Shown: one piece after another, positions 50,745 through 64,000 of the stretch
Layout: the number at the start of each line of letters is the position of its first letter
Numbering within the stretch: position 1 is the first letter of the stretch
Origin: Camelus dromedarius
Taxonomy: Eukaryota
Assembly: GCF_036321535.1 (NCBI RefSeq)
Contig: NC_087437.1
Coordinates: forward strand, 94,180,001-94,244,000
DNA: 64,000 nt
Direction of reading: 5' to 3'
Translations under genes and position numbers: made by a program
Notes under the pieces: generated by a model
What the model was told of the DNA's origin: nothing
Seen by the model: only the letters and a program-made list of their open reading frames with translations
Database searches by the model: none

Positions 50745-52844
50745 CTCAACTCACAAAAAACATGGTGGGTGGGTCAATGGTGAAGGAGCTGTAAGAAATT
50801 CTGCATTCTACTTTGCTCATTCTTCACTAGAGGTTCTGTTTAAAGTTGCTGGGTCAAGAAATGGAGGTTTACTTATATTTAAAGTCATAAAACACAGTAA
50901 TAGAATAGCTTAAAAGAAAATGTAACTAGCAAAATTTGGAGGAAGGTCATGATGAGTAGATGGGGTTAAAGTAAGAAGATATATTCTTTAAATTCAGTAT
51001 TTGATAATAAAGAGTCAACTATTTGGATAAGTTTATATAGATAAAGAGTTGAATGCCCATTATTTGAAATTCTGGAATAACTACAAAAGACATAAAATAG
51101 AAACAGTGTAAAATCACTTCGGTGGATGTGGCTGGGAGCAGGTGGAAAATTGGCTGGGTGGTGCAAAAATGGTTATTTTGCATTTTTATATTGTTTATAA
51201 TGTCTTTTTATATCATTTGCATTCTAAAAACTATGATTAATGCATGCTTATAGCTAATAAAAACTTTTACATTAATGCTCAAAGTAATTTTATTCTTAAT
51301 AAGAAAAAAGAGAAAAAAATAACTCCTTTACCTGTTTTTTTCCAGTGCCACTGATCATTTGGGTACCAGCTTCTGCTCATAATTTTAAAGGCACAAAACT
51401 GTGTTTTCTTTTGCAGGAAAAAAAAATAAACCTCCTCAGAACATTTTCTTTTTCATCCCAGGGAAACAAAGTTTTAAAAGGATATGAAAAGCATATTTGC
51501 TACATCATTTTTCTGCTGATTGAGTTTCTTTACATATGACTAGTATTCAAATCCCACTGGAGCTCCTATGTTTCTGTTAGAGGAATGCAGGCTTCTCGAC
51601 ACAAAAATCTAACAGAATTGATCTAATTCATAACACCTCTTCTTGTGCATCTGTGTTGGCAATCATTTTGCCTGATAAATTATACATGACTATTAATCAA
51701 CGGCTGATAATTTTAGTCCTGAAATATTAGTAACAATGACATTCTTCTTGTATTCATTGTCAAGAAAATACACTTAGAATCTTTGCCTTTCGAAAATTTA
51801 TCATACAAGTGGGAATGAAACAGCACATTATTCGTCCTCACAAGTTTTAATGGCTCATCTCAGTAGCTGCTGGGCTTTGAGAGAGCAGTTCAGTGACTAA
51901 TCCCAGGAGATTTGAGAAATAGAGTATTTTTATCTTATTTATTGGTTTGTGCAATTATTATAGCAGAAGTTGATCAACATCTTAATTGAACTTGAGCTTT
52001 GGTCACTATCTTTTGCTTATTTTAGAGAGCTCTCCCTTTACAAAATTTATGTCATAGCTGAAATGTTATGCTTTAGCTGGTCCAACCTATAAAAACCTAG
52101 AAAATACTGCAGATATCTATGACTGTAAAGAGGAGAATGAATACATATGAATGTTATGTTCAGGTCTTCAGTCAGAAGGCAACTGAATGTGTAGTGATCA
52201 GCAAAAAGGTCCACGGCAGCAGTGTCTACATGGTATGTAGGGGTGTGTGTGTAGTATCTTGAAGGAATAAGCAAATAATGAAGAGGAAGTGTCAATAGGA
52301 GACCACTAGAGGATTTTACTAGAATCAGGATAAATTGAATACCATAAAATGCTGACCAGCAACAAAAATTCAGATGTGACATTCGCAGTTGGAAACTTTG
52401 AAATTTTTATAATTGCAAATTCTTTAAAGACAGTATTAATTTCACCACTTGGCTCATAAAAAAACTGAATAAAAGGACAATGGATACTAATATTTTAAAA
52501 TATAAAATATATATTTTACATATAATGTATATAAATACCAATTATAAAGTGCTGTGTCCTTGTTGATAGACAATAGGTCTAACAAACTTCTTGTTCTCTG
52601 ATTATTAGTGTTCTGTATTTGCTGCCAGGTATTATAAATGTTTCGTACCCAAGGAGGATTTAACATACATAACAATCACACAAATACAGAATTCTTGGCT
52701 CTGTGGGGTGAGATTAAGATTTACTAGACTGAAAAATTAAAGATAAAATAAAATTTTAAAAAGAGTCAAAAGATAAGGATTTGTGCCAGATTTTCTGCAA
52801 CTAGGCTTCTCTCAAACCTTAAAGTATATATGATTAAAAAAAAG

Positions 52845-53200
52845 TCTGCAGGAATAGCAGGTTTGCGGGAAATGTGATTAATTTTATCTTAAAAATTATT
52901 AATCTGCAATGCTTATAGAAATGCAACAGTAGTTTAAAAGAAGGATTGGCACACTTACACGAGACTGTTAATGACTCTACAAACTCCTTAATGGAAGGAA
53001 TGACCAAAGGTGCCTGTGTAATGTGGAGAAGAGGCTAAAGGTTAAAATTTAGGAAGATATTTGCAGTTAGAAAGTGAGCAGAGAAAAAAGCCAAAAATTT
53101 GTGACCACAGAGGTAAGACGGCAAACATAAATATGAAATAATTCATATTCCATAGAAGCCAAGGGAAGAAAGTATCCAGGGTGAATTGGGCAGTGTAAAC
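52845..53200 (-). mobile_element. Degenerate L2 fragment
   Basis: ggaatagcaggtttgcgggaaatgtgatt...ccatagaagccaagggaagaaagtatccagg. Confidence 0.4.
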
Positions 53201-53284
53201 AGAATGACAGAAATTGTGATGTCTTCATTTATAATGCCTTTTGCATCAAGAATAATCACGTCCAAGGGTATTTTAGTTCTAGTA

Positions 53285-53830
53285 TTTGCTTATTTGCTCC
53301 GAAGGCCATTTGCCATTCTATGCCCACTCAACATTTGAATCTCCATACTGTGAAGACGCCCCCAGCTAATGAGGCACGTCCAGAATATACTAGATGCTTA
53401 CTTTCCCAGGTCTTCCTAGTTGAAGCACAAACACCTGACCAAGGTTCTGCCATACACCGACTCTGAAACGGAAGCTAGTGACCTAATGAAGAATGGACAC
53501 AACAAAAGCTTTGTGGTGATAGATGTCTGGAGTGACTGCAACTAAATCCAGAGGCCAGTCAGCAGTGGCTGTGTTACTAGAGGCAGTTCCTATGACTCTG
53601 TCTCATGACGTTATCATCTGGTTTCCAGAGATAAGATCAGTTATGTCTTTGGTGAGCCAGAGCTACATAATGATTTGTAAATTGTTTCTGGTTGTGTGGT
53701 CTCCAAACCTGATTCTCTGGATCTCTGGAAATCCTATGGGCTGTCCAATATCTTTCCAATGAATTCATTATCTAGAATCACTTATTCAACATCATATGGA
53801 TTCTTGCAATCAACTCTACCTGAATAATCA
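53285..53830 (+). mobile_element. Old MaLR LTR (MLT1K/N-like)
   Basis: tgcttactttcccaggtcttcctag...ctccaaacctgattctctggatctctggaaatcctatgggctgtccaatatctttccaatgaattc. Confidence 0.55.
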
Positions 53831-54612
53831 GTTGGGCCTCAATCTTTTATGCTACTTATAATTTATTTTATTCATCTATAATGTAAATTCACGTTATTTG
53901 GGTATCAGTTCAAACTGAAATACATTATTGATTTTGCTTATTTTGTGTGACTTCCTCTCCATTCACCAATTTTTATTCTGTAATACTCCATAGTTGGGGG
54001 AAAATAAAACAACTATAATTACATGGTGTCTTTCATTCTCTCTTGCTGTATTCACTCCCCAGGCATCATTTGCTCCTCTAATTCTTGTCTCGTCTCAGTT
54101 AGTCATCATTATTGACTCAGAATAGTGCTGTGCTGTGTAATATATCTCTACTGCAAAAAATCATTCTTCTTCGTTAAATCCTCTTCACTCGCAGCTGCCT
54201 GCCGAGCTTCACTCTCAACCAAGCTGCAAACGCTGCATTTTCTCTGATTGTATATGTGGCACATCCATGAATGCTTCTTGGGTAAAAAAATCATTCCAAA
54301 CCAATAAGTCAAATCAATAAATAAGTCAATAAATCTCTTTTGCTTTACAAACATCATCAGTCTTTAGCAGACCGAATCACTAGTCCTTGTCCCTACCTTT
54401 TGGGACCCTTTGAAACTATTTCATCTGCTATTAGAAAGCTCTTTCAGTCCTGTGTTAACGCTTACATTAGATAACGCACTTGACCTTATCAAAGATCCAA
54501 AGACATTTGACCCTAGGTGTCAATTTCAATGAACTCTGTTTTCTCTAAGTGATTTCCCATTGGGAATAGATTCTGTTGAAGAAACAAAAACATGTATATA
54601 TGTATATATATA

Positions 54613-54696
54613 AATTTAATTCCTGGGTTATTTATATTATATGAATGTATATGTATAAATATATGTATAATATATATTATATCCAGGAATTAAATT
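54613..54696. repeat. Inverted repeat with perfect 14-bp arms around an AT-rich core
   Basis: aatttaattcctgg (54613-54626) and ccaggaattaaatt (54683-54696). Confidence 0.85.
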
Positions 54697-54934
54697 GAGC
54701 TGTTGTATACATTTAATTCTCAGAATATTAATTTCCCAAGAATGACATTTTATATTTTATACCTACAGTAAAATGTATACTTAATCCCATTCTTGTTGAA
54801 ATATTATTAAATTAATACAGTAAAGTGGAAGTCAGTGTAAAGCTTTCCTCTTATATATTAATCAAGATGTTTAATGACACAACCACTTAATGGTTCCAAA
54901 AGATGTTTCTAGTTGGACTGAAGATCTTTATTCC

Positions 54935-55422
54935 CACCTCTAAATTCCCACTACCCCCAACACATACTCTTATTCTCTATGACTTCTGCCCTGCCTTATT
55001 CCTCTAAGAGACAGATTCTTGCAAATTACATCACCCAGGCTCTCTTGCCCTCCAGCTTCCAATTGGATTTGGTGAAGGGGAGGCTCAGAGAAAAGGTCTG
55101 AGGGTTTGAGGACAGAGCTCAGGATATTTCATCCCCATTCCCTTTAATGCTTCAGCCCTTCCCATTTCCTCCCTGTTTGATCCATCAGTGGATGATCCCT
55201 TCAAGTTGGGCAAAAGCTCCTGTGAAGCTACTCCAATTTCATGATCTGGTTCTCAACTAGCTCTGGTGACACAGTGTTCTCTCCTCGCCTCTTCAGGTGT
55301 ATGGGTGGCTTCCTGCTGCTGCTAGTCCCTGGATGCTTGTTAAGATACATACATGTACACTTCTCATTCAAAATTTTAGTTAAATGTGACTCATATTTCC
55401 TGCCAGGACTTTCACTGATGCA
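54935..55422 (+). mobile_element. ERVL LTR33-like solo LTR
   Basis: catcacccaggctctcttgccctccagcttccaattggatttgg...ggcttcctgctgctgctagtccctggatgctt...tttcctgccaggactttcactgatgca. Confidence 0.75.
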
Positions 55423-56119
55423 GACTGTTCTTATTGTAAGAGAATAAGAACAGAAACAAAGATTTAAAAAAAAAATTGCCAGTGGTTTAAAATTTGGTCA
55501 TGCTTTCAAGGTCTCAATGACCATTAATTCAGCTCCCAGCAATTCCTGACTGGCTGAATAATTCACTTCTTCCACCACGACTGTGTGTGTAATCAACTAA
55601 TCATTTCTGAGAATCCCCTTGGTCTTCCGCTCTTAATTTTAGTGTATGTGGTATTCCTTTCCTGCTCTGTGACCTGCTTCTGATTTCCCAGATGTCTATG
55701 AATGGCAAGTGCACTCAAAATTTCTTCGCCCTAACAGGTATTGATTGGCTCCTGCCTCACCGACTGTAATTTCTCTAGCAAGGAACATTTTCTATCTCTC
55801 AGTAATTCCACAAGCACTATCTACTAAGTAGTGAGTTTTTCTTGTCCTATAACTTTTAGCTTTCTCAGCAGGGTCACAAAAATTATAACTTACCTATCTT
55901 ATCATACCTTATCCTAAAATCTTTCTGCCTCTAACATTACTGTAGTTCTAGGATAACCCCTGACAATGCAAGATTCTCCAGCAATACGACCAAAGACATG
56001 TCATCAAAGATAGTTTCACAGAGAACATACTCTTGTAGCTTGAACTCAAAAGTTAGGATGTGACTGCTGTGCTATTCCTGATACCAAAAATAATTTGCAT
56101 ATTTATGTAGGAGACATAC

Positions 56120-56246
56120 AGTTTTTAAATTGCCCACTCAGGAAAGTGAGACCTACAGAGGTAAATCAGTTTGCTACTAAATTGCGTCGATAGAAAGTTG
56201 AGATTAGATTTCATGTCTCCCAAGTTCTCTTTCTACAAAACCACAT
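56120..56246 (-). mobile_element. MIR fragment
   Basis: aggaaagtgagacctacagaggtaaatcagtttgc...ctctttctacaaaaccacat. Confidence 0.5.
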
Positions 56247-58609
56247 CATAAAAAATACATATTTTAACTAACAGTAAATTAGCAAGTGTGTATCACTCTG
56301 AAATTTATAAGCATTTGAGACTTATAAATGTATTTTTCTCAATAAAGCTTTTCCAAATGTTTTTGTTTGAATATGTTACAACAATGTGAGCAAAGTTCAT
56401 TTAATTCCTCAATAAAATAAGATGGATTATATATGTATGTAGGGAAAAATAATTCCCCTATATACATATTTTAAATATATCAAATATTATGCATTAAAGA
56501 ACTAGCAGACTTGCTCAAATTATACTTACTGAAGATTACATATTGCATATTTTAATTTTATAATATACAAATTTGCCCAATATCTGAAGAGATATACTTA
56601 TTAAATTTAGTTGCTAATATGACTATTCATTTCATATCCTTATCATTTTATCCATTGCAATATGAACAAATGATACTTAAAATAGCAATAAATGAACTGA
56701 TGCAAGTTAAATATCTTTAATTTTTCATTTTCAAGTGTAAAAAGTTAATGGAAATTTTAGAAGTCAAAAGGAAAAGGAAACTTGTGTTTTATTTTCTGGT
56801 GTTATAGTCTTGGGATAGCTAAAATCCTTGGGCAGTTCTGCTTGTGCAAACATTAACACAGTTTTGATTCTGGTATTGCTGCTGTGGGTTTATCAAGTAT
56901 TCATGGTGTTCACTGATATGGTGGATTGACGTTGTGTCCAGGGACTGAGCATAAACCTGTGTGCATAGCTAGCAGTTAACAGTGAGCAATTTTGTTACAT
57001 GTTTAATTTTAGTTCTCTCTCTCTCACCAATGTCTTAGCTATTTTTACAGCTGAAATGTCCTGAGGAAATCCTGTTTTAATTAGTTTTATAATTTTTTTC
57101 CCTTTAGGTAACATATCCTGCTGCTATTTGTAAGTAACTTGTAAAGATATCCAATAGTTGAAAAAAAAAGAGAGAGAGAGAGAAATTTAGAAAAGGATGT
57201 AAAATATCAAACACTGTATCACGAAAATATTTCCTTTGACTGACACTTGGAGACTGGGACTCATGCCAGGAAGTAAAAGCATTTTGACTGTGTGGTTTCA
57301 AGATCAAAAGATCAAATGTTTTTCATAATCTATCATGCAAGTTATTTGCTTGATTTATAGTCTGTTTCCTCCATTCTCAGAGGAATAATATTGATATAAA
57401 GACACAAAATATATTAAGGGAAGTGACTTATTTGTGTTATGGAAGTGTCAGGGTTTGGTGCTCATTTGGATAGCTTGGTATCTCTGAAGTTAGGAAGTAT
57501 ACATGGTGTTTTGTCCCGAATCTATAACCTTAATAATGCCCATAATTGCAGTATGTAGGTAAGGTAATCAAAAAGGCTTTCTATTTTATTCTAAATATAT
57601 TCTAGTGCATTTTACATCCTTTAAAATTAACATTGAGCTGACAAATATTTTTTTCATAGAGTTTTTATGTTAAAAGAGAAAAAAAGTTTTAGAATATTAT
57701 TTAGAACAATTTTTAGAGTTTTTTTAAAAAAAATTCCTTTCAAGATTATGGAGAAAATTATCACAGTGACAAATATAAATTAAAGATTAACAGTTACTAA
57801 AATAAACCATTGTGTTTTGCTGCTGTTTATATACTCAGCCTCCTCCCATTTCTACATGTTATTCATTAATAAAAATCTTTAAAAATCTTCACTTTAAACC
57901 TGGTCTATGGACACATGACAGTTTTCTATGAAAAAACTGTATATGTAATAGCATACTATAAACAGCAAAGATTTCTCCAACTTTCATATGTTTTACTCAC
58001 ATGGCACATTTTTGTTTATATGACTGAGTAACTGAAAAATTTCAATAAGGGAGCAATAAAATCCATCAATTCAATTCCTTCACTGATGTAACCCATAACT
58101 TGTCAGATTCTAAAGCTATGTTTAGAATAACAACAATTTGTCCAGCTGTGCACTGACACCATCTAGAAAGATGATTATTTTCTCTTGTCAACATACCTAG
58201 AGTCCCACCTTACCAGAATAGATTCTGGTTTGACCATCTAGCTATGTCTTTTGAATAGTTATCTTTTAGTGAATACTGAACTGATGTGACTTAATTGGGT
58301 TCAGTGCAGTTGAATGGGTAGTGAAAAGTTACTTAATTTTATTATAATTAGAAATGAAATACTACTAGTAGTTTTTAGAAGCAATTGACCTGAGAATTTT
58401 ACATGGAATTCAGTGTTTAGTAACCAACAGTAGGGGAGATTAGGGCACTGCTTTGAATCTAAGTAGAATAAAATTTATTAAAAGATTTAATTACTGAATT
58501 AAAACTTAAAAATAGATATTTCCAGTGTATTGGTACACTGTTGTTTTTATTGTAACTATTCCAAGTGTTAAGAAAACTGTCCCCAAAGTTTTGCTAATGC
58601 AATTTTGAC

Positions 58610-58770
58610 TTGAATTGAATGCTTACTACACTGGCATTGTTAAAAGTACTTTATGAGCCTTAATTCATTTAGCTTTCATGACAGCTCTGTTAGGTTGATA
58701 CTATTTTATTTACAGGTGGAAAAATTGAGGCAAGATTTCCAGGGTCATATACCTAGTGAGCCTAGTGAGT
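58610..58770 (-). mobile_element. MIR fragment
   Basis: ttgaatgcttactac...ttcatttagctttcatgacagctctgttagg...tttacaggtggaaaaattgaggc. Confidence 0.7.
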
Positions 58771-59192
58771 AACCATTCTCAAAAGTATTATTTTCTAAAA
58801 AGAAAACTTTAGGAAGTTTAGAATGTTATAAAAAGAATTTCATAAATAAATCTTTGTTGGCAGTGCCAACTTGAATCCATAGCCCTTACTGGCTTTCAAA
58901 ACATCTGTGGTTTAACTCATAAATTACTTGGTTAGAACACCTTTGTTTGCTCACAAATAGCATTAATCCCAGCAAAAGAAAGGTGATGTGTTTTAAGGAC
59001 GTATTAGTGCCTCACGGAGAACAATAGTAAGGATGCAGTTCAATCTCACAGATTAAAACCAGGGTAGGAAAATCATAGGGACTCCAGAGAGATGTTTCTC
59101 TCTGTTTCGTATACTTCTTCTCTCTGTGTGGCTGCTTCCTTTTGTGTCTTTAGATGGGTTTCTTGTACTTCTCTCAGGAACATTTAAAAATA

Positions 59193-59254
59193 TTATGCTG
59201 TACACCAGAAATTGACACAACATTGTAAACTGACTATAATTAAATTAAAAAAAA
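59193..59254 (+). mobile_element. Extremely 5'-truncated L1 (about 60 bp of 3' terminus)
   Basis: tatgctgtacaccagaaattgacacaacattgtaaactgactataattaaattaaaaaaaa. Confidence 0.85.
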
Positions 59255-59269
59255 TAGTGATGGGATGTC

Positions 59270-61765
59270 AATGTCTGGAATGTGTATATGAGGAGCCCTA
59301 TGGACTCATTCCCCTGTGAAACAACCATAAACAGTGAAAATTATAAAAATGACCACCATTTAAAGTCTCTGGAAGTTGTCATAAGGGCATACAGAAAATG
59401 AAGAAACATCTGTTTGAGAAAATCTACTAAATCTCGGTAAGAACAGCAAGTCTGTGGCATATGAAACACAACCCACCCCTCACTCCTCCCACCCAAGTTC
59501 AGCCTCGGAGGTCCACACTGAGTTAATGTTGCCAAGATGGCTCTCTTTCTCATTGTAGCTCCAACTCCCAATCAAGAAATAAGGTATCTTCCTGGGAGGG
59601 GAAGACCTCCAGCAATTATCATTCTTTCCAACAATGAGTTGCAGAGATGCTAAATGCCTGGTAAGCTCAACCAAAAAGCCAAGGGCTCCCTTCCTCCAGC
59701 CAGCCTCTCCTCATAGGTCAGAGGCTCTATCACAGTCATGGAAGATCAAGAATATTGCATCCCTAACTTGACTCACACCAGCTCACTGGGTAGGATGGAG
59801 CTTCCTACCCAGAGAAACATGCTGAGAAGATCAGTGATTATCCCCTCCAGCAATGGGAACGGTGGCTCAGAGATTATGTTCTGGGTGGCACAAAGAAGAG
59901 AGCCTAGGGGTCTTCCCAAGGAAACTAAATTTATTCAAAATGCAGTGAGGAGAAGTTTAAGTCAAAGGACATTCTTGAAAACAGTGGAGATTTGAGGGGA
60001 AAGCGATTAAGAGAATGCTGGTAGCTCAAGGAGAGCAGTCAAACCATTAGCCAACTAGTTTATCAGAGACAACCAGGCAAAGAGATGGCCAAAAAAAAAG
60101 CTCTTCTGGAGTCAGAACAAGCCTCGAAGACTGGTCTCAAAATTTATTCTTTCCTAAATTTCATTGGATTAGATCGTGAAGCAATGTATCTTCCTGGGAG
60201 GTGTTAACAATGACAAAATAATCATCCAGAAATTAGTGAGGTCTAACACCTGGGAGTAGTACTAAAGGAAGCAGAAAGCTCAATGGAGGTACCACTGAGA
60301 CAGTCAAAGAAAGCCCGCTAGAACCACCATCTTCCCGGAGTGACTGTGTGTGTGCAGAAGGTTACTCCATCTAAGAGTGACATCAGAGGCTTCACGTTGC
60401 AGAGGAAAGAGACCAAACTGAAATAGTGCAGCCAAGTCACTAAACACTCACTGATGGAGACAAGAAAGACAATCTCCAGAGAAGAGGGAAGGAAGTAATA
60501 ATTATCCAAAGTTGCTGTAGTACATCAAAAGTCCAGTTTTCAAAAAAAAATTATGAGACATGAAAAGAAATAGCAAAGTATTATCCATACACAGAAAACC
60601 AAGCAGACAACATAATCTTCATAGGCGAGATCACGGATGTTGGCTTTAACAAAAACTTCAAAGCAGCTATTACAAAAATGTTCAAAGAACTAAAGGAGAC
60701 TATGCTTAAAGAATATGATTACAATGTCTCATCGAATGAAGAATTATAAATAAAAAGATAGAAATTATTTTTTAAAATAACCAAGTGGTAATTCTAGAGT
60801 GGAAAAATACAGTAATTGAAATAAAAATTTCACTGGAGGGCTCCACTGTAGATTGGAACAGGTAGAAGAAAGAGCCAACAAACTGAAAAATAGATGACTG
60901 ATACAGAGGGGAAAAATGAGTGAATAAAAATGAATAGATTGAGAGAGATTACTTATTTTATTTTTATTTATGATTTTTACATGCTTTATTAAGCATATCA
61001 GCATAAATGTACCATAAATACCAGAAAGAGAGGGGAGAGAGAAAGGACTAAAAAAAATTAAATAATTAATTACTGAATACTTCTCAAATTTGGTGAAAAA
61101 TATTAATCTGCACAACCAAGAAATAGAATGGTTTCTAGGACAGTAAACATGAGATATCCACAGATACATCACATTAAAAATGATGAAACCCAAAGGTCCC
61201 CCCCAAAAAAAACTTTTAAAAGCAACAAGAGAAAAATGATTCATTCAGGTAAAAGGATCCCAATTCAAAAAGAAAAAATAGCTATTTTCTTATCAGAAGA
61301 AATAGAGACAAGAAGTCAAAGAGATCCCCAGATAAATGAAATCTGAATGAATTTGTTGCTAAAAGATCCACCTTAAGAGGTGTACTGAAAGAAATTCTTC
61401 AGGCTGACAGCAAGTCACCTCTGAAAACCCACCCCAGATACAAAACAACAGTGCCAGTAAAGATAATCATGTGATAATAAAAGACAGTATAAATGTATAT
61501 TTCCTCTCCTTTCTTTTCTGAACTGATTTTAAGAGCAATGATATAAACCAGTTTGTATACAATTGTAATGTCAGGCTTAAAACATGGAGAAATGTAACAT
61601 ATTTGATAATAAAAATACAACACAGTTGGATGGGGTCAAAACTGTATTGGAATAAAGAAATGACATCAGGTGGTGATTTGAATCTATAGTAAAAGTAAAA
61701 AGAACCAGATACAGTAAATAAGAAGGTTAATATAGTGAACTCTGTAAATACACATTTGTTCTCCC
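59270..61765 (+). mobile_element. Ancient L1 5' portion (L1MC/MD-type 5' UTR, ORF1 remnants, inter-ORF region)
   Basis: ccatttaaagtctctggaagttgtcataagggcatacagaaaatgaagaaacat; ORF1-like cttcaaagcagctattacaaaaatgttcaaagaactaaagg, aattctagagtggaaaaatacagtaattgaaataaaaatttcactggagggctc, actgaaagaaattcttcaggctga. Confidence 0.8.
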
Positions 61766-62204
61766 CTGCTTAATCCCCAAGCCCCAAAAAAACAGTAGCC
61801 CAAATCTCCTGAGTTTACAGGTTAGAGGTATAGGCCAGAAAAAACAAACAACAAAAAATATCACTGATTATAATTTCTCTGTATCCCCACTTCCCATTCA
61901 TGGAGAGGAGATTAATGGCCTTGGCTAATCCCAGATTCAACGTCACCTCTTCTACCAGCCAAAGCAAGACTGACTCTGGAGATTGGCTTGCTTTCTATAC
62001 AGAATTTGATTGAAGCAAAAGGTACTGAAATCAAGGAAGAAATATTTCATCCAGGGATAGGGCTATTTTGAGGAACTGCGAAGTCCAGAAATATGAAGAC
62101 AGTCTTGAACCTCATAAATATTTTCGCAGTGTAAGATTTCTTCTGCAAACTATTTTCTCACCTCCAACCCCTGCAGGCGCTTCTGTGCACACGGAGCAAA
62201 GGCA

Positions 62205-62565
62205 CTAACGCTGCCTGGGTGATGGCTGGAAGGCTTCCTGGACAAGATGACACACAAGTCAAGTGTTGAAAGATGCACAAAAGCCAAGCAGGATGGAGAT
62301 ACTTATTCTAGGAATGGGAAGCATAATGGAAAATACATCAGAGACATGCACGAACATGTGCAAAAGGCAGATTATGAGCTTGGCAGACTAGTGAGTTTTT
62401 ATGTTACTCAAATTAGAATATCAAGCCCAACCTAATGATACTTTAAGCTGGAGACTGACATGAACAGATTTAAATTGCAGAAGATCATCCAAGCAGCATT
62501 ACAGGGCATCAAATGGAAGATGGCAGAGAAATCATTTAGGAGGCTGTGGCAATGATCTCAATGAC
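62205..62565 (-). mobile_element. L2 fragment
   Basis: ggaaggcttcctggacaagatgacac...tgacatgaacagatttaaattgcagaagatcatcc...tttaggaggctgtggcaatgatc. Confidence 0.6.
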
Positions 62566-63644
62566 TTGATATCATGCTCTCAAATCTCCGTATTATGTGC
62601 AGGAACGAGCCTACTAGTGTTTACTGAGAGCCCACGTCTCTCGTGACCAGGAACCACCCTGGGCCTCATATCTTAATGTGAATAAATTTTTATTCCATTA
62701 AGTTTGTATATTCTATGTGATAGAAGTTATATATTATACATTATTCTTGCTGAATGTTTAGTACTATAAGAAAAATTAAAAATCATTTTATATTTTAATT
62801 ATTGACTATTAATAGAGTTCACCATGTTTTATGTTTAAAATAAATCTATTAAAAAATATGAGAGACTAACTAGAAAAATACACCCACCACAATGAATGCA
62901 AGGAGAACAAATATTTACTTGAAGAATAATTTTAGTAATCTATATAGAAAATAGCACCAGACTTGCCAGAAATATTTTACATATTTGAGTCCTTTATGTG
63001 ACTCACCTTCCAGCTTAGCTCTTGAGAATTATGTGAATGATTCTCAGCAATTGATGGAGTGATTTCAGCCAAAATAAATTCAGATTTAGAAATATAGTGG
63101 CCTTACAATTTTCTTTTACTTCCTACCTACAAAACAAAAAGAACAGCTGCAAATAAAGAAATATTCAAATTTTTGTTTAAAAATATTTGTAGTACTAAGC
63201 AGAAATTCATTTCGAATAATGCTGGAAATACAATTCTATATAACAATCAGTCAGAGCAGTTGTTTTATTAGAGTATCTGTTTTATAACATTTAACGGATT
63301 TCTGCTTGATGTTTATTTCCAGTTTGTTTGATTCTTCATTATATGTAAACATTTTGAGACAGAACATATTTCACAAATTGTTTGTATTCTTTAATTTTAA
63401 AACAATAATGCACTCATTGTAAAATATGTCACAACTAAAGAAAAACACTTCAATTTTTATAATTTCCAATGAAAACTCTTACAGTTTATGTTATCATGAA
63501 TTTACTATTGTATTTCAATAAACTCTATTTACATGCAGACATTAAAATATCACCAAAATATTAATAGTTGTCTAAATTTTAGAGTCCATATTAAATCCTT
63601 TGTTGAATCTTGCTATGGAAATATTAATTTGGGATCCAACTATT

Positions 63645-63678
63645 AATACAGTAGGTTATAAAATACAGTAGGTTATAA
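63645..63678. repeat. Perfect 17-bp tandem duplication AATACAGTAGGTTATAA x2
   Basis: Copies at 63645-63661 and 63662-63678. Confidence 0.9.
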
Positions 63679-64000
63679 AATTTGAATGTGAACACACAGA
63701 AGAGAGCTGTACAAATCACAATTAGAAAGCAAGGGTTCAATTTGTCTATTACATAAAATAAGAGAACATTAATTCAAACTATACAGGCTTCCACTCCAAA
63801 AAACATAAATAAATAGGATTTTTTAAAGCAGAAGCAAAATATGTAGATTTTGAAACATATTCTTAAGAAAATATGCAAACAATGGCTTAAACATTAATAT
63901 ATTTAGTTAGCATTTTTTTAAATTTCTGAAATATAAAAGGAGCTGTTTTAACAAAGAAAGTTAACTGTACAAGGTTTAAGGAACACTTGGCTAAATATAT

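Noticed and set aside
55560..56090. Minus-strand ERVL/MaLR internal fragment
   Set aside because: Only the terminal cctgataccaaaaa hint; no adjoining LTR or protein motif recognised
58752..58769. cctagtgag tandem duplication
   Set aside because: 9-bp slippage at a MIR edge; unremarkable
60765..61244. Longest ORF (159 aa, hydrophobic) as a membrane protein
   Set aside because: Antisense of an A-rich L1 ORF1 remnant, which gives F/L/I/S-rich pseudo-ORFs
162..62435. Short ORFs in the supplied track as host genes
   Set aside because: All are 159 aa or shorter, many fall within repeats or low-complexity DNA, and none resembles a host protein I recognise; no coherent exon chain

Overview
AT-rich, repeat-dense mammalian genomic DNA with no recognisable protein-coding gene. 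It reads as a gene desert or a large intron. Two tRNA-derived SINEs that match the camelid Vic-1 family, plus artiodactyl-type L1 3' ends, point to a camelid (alpaca, llama or camel). Much of the window is fossil transposable elements: L1, L2, MIR, MaLR (MLT1), ERVL (MLT2, LTR16, LTR33), ERV1-class solo LTRs and hAT/Tc-Mariner DNA transposons. Family names come from my recall of consensus sequences and need RepeatMasker/Dfam confirmation. The most informative structures are: an L1 with a 5' inversion and an apparent 3' transduction, nested in an MLT1 LTR; a second 5'-inverted L1 with a perfect 14-bp TSD and a swapped, older-type 3' end; a MaLR provirus with mismatched LTRs; an ERVL remnant whose protease is joined directly to integrase; and two weak candidate minus-strand exons. 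I found no convincing novel biological system.
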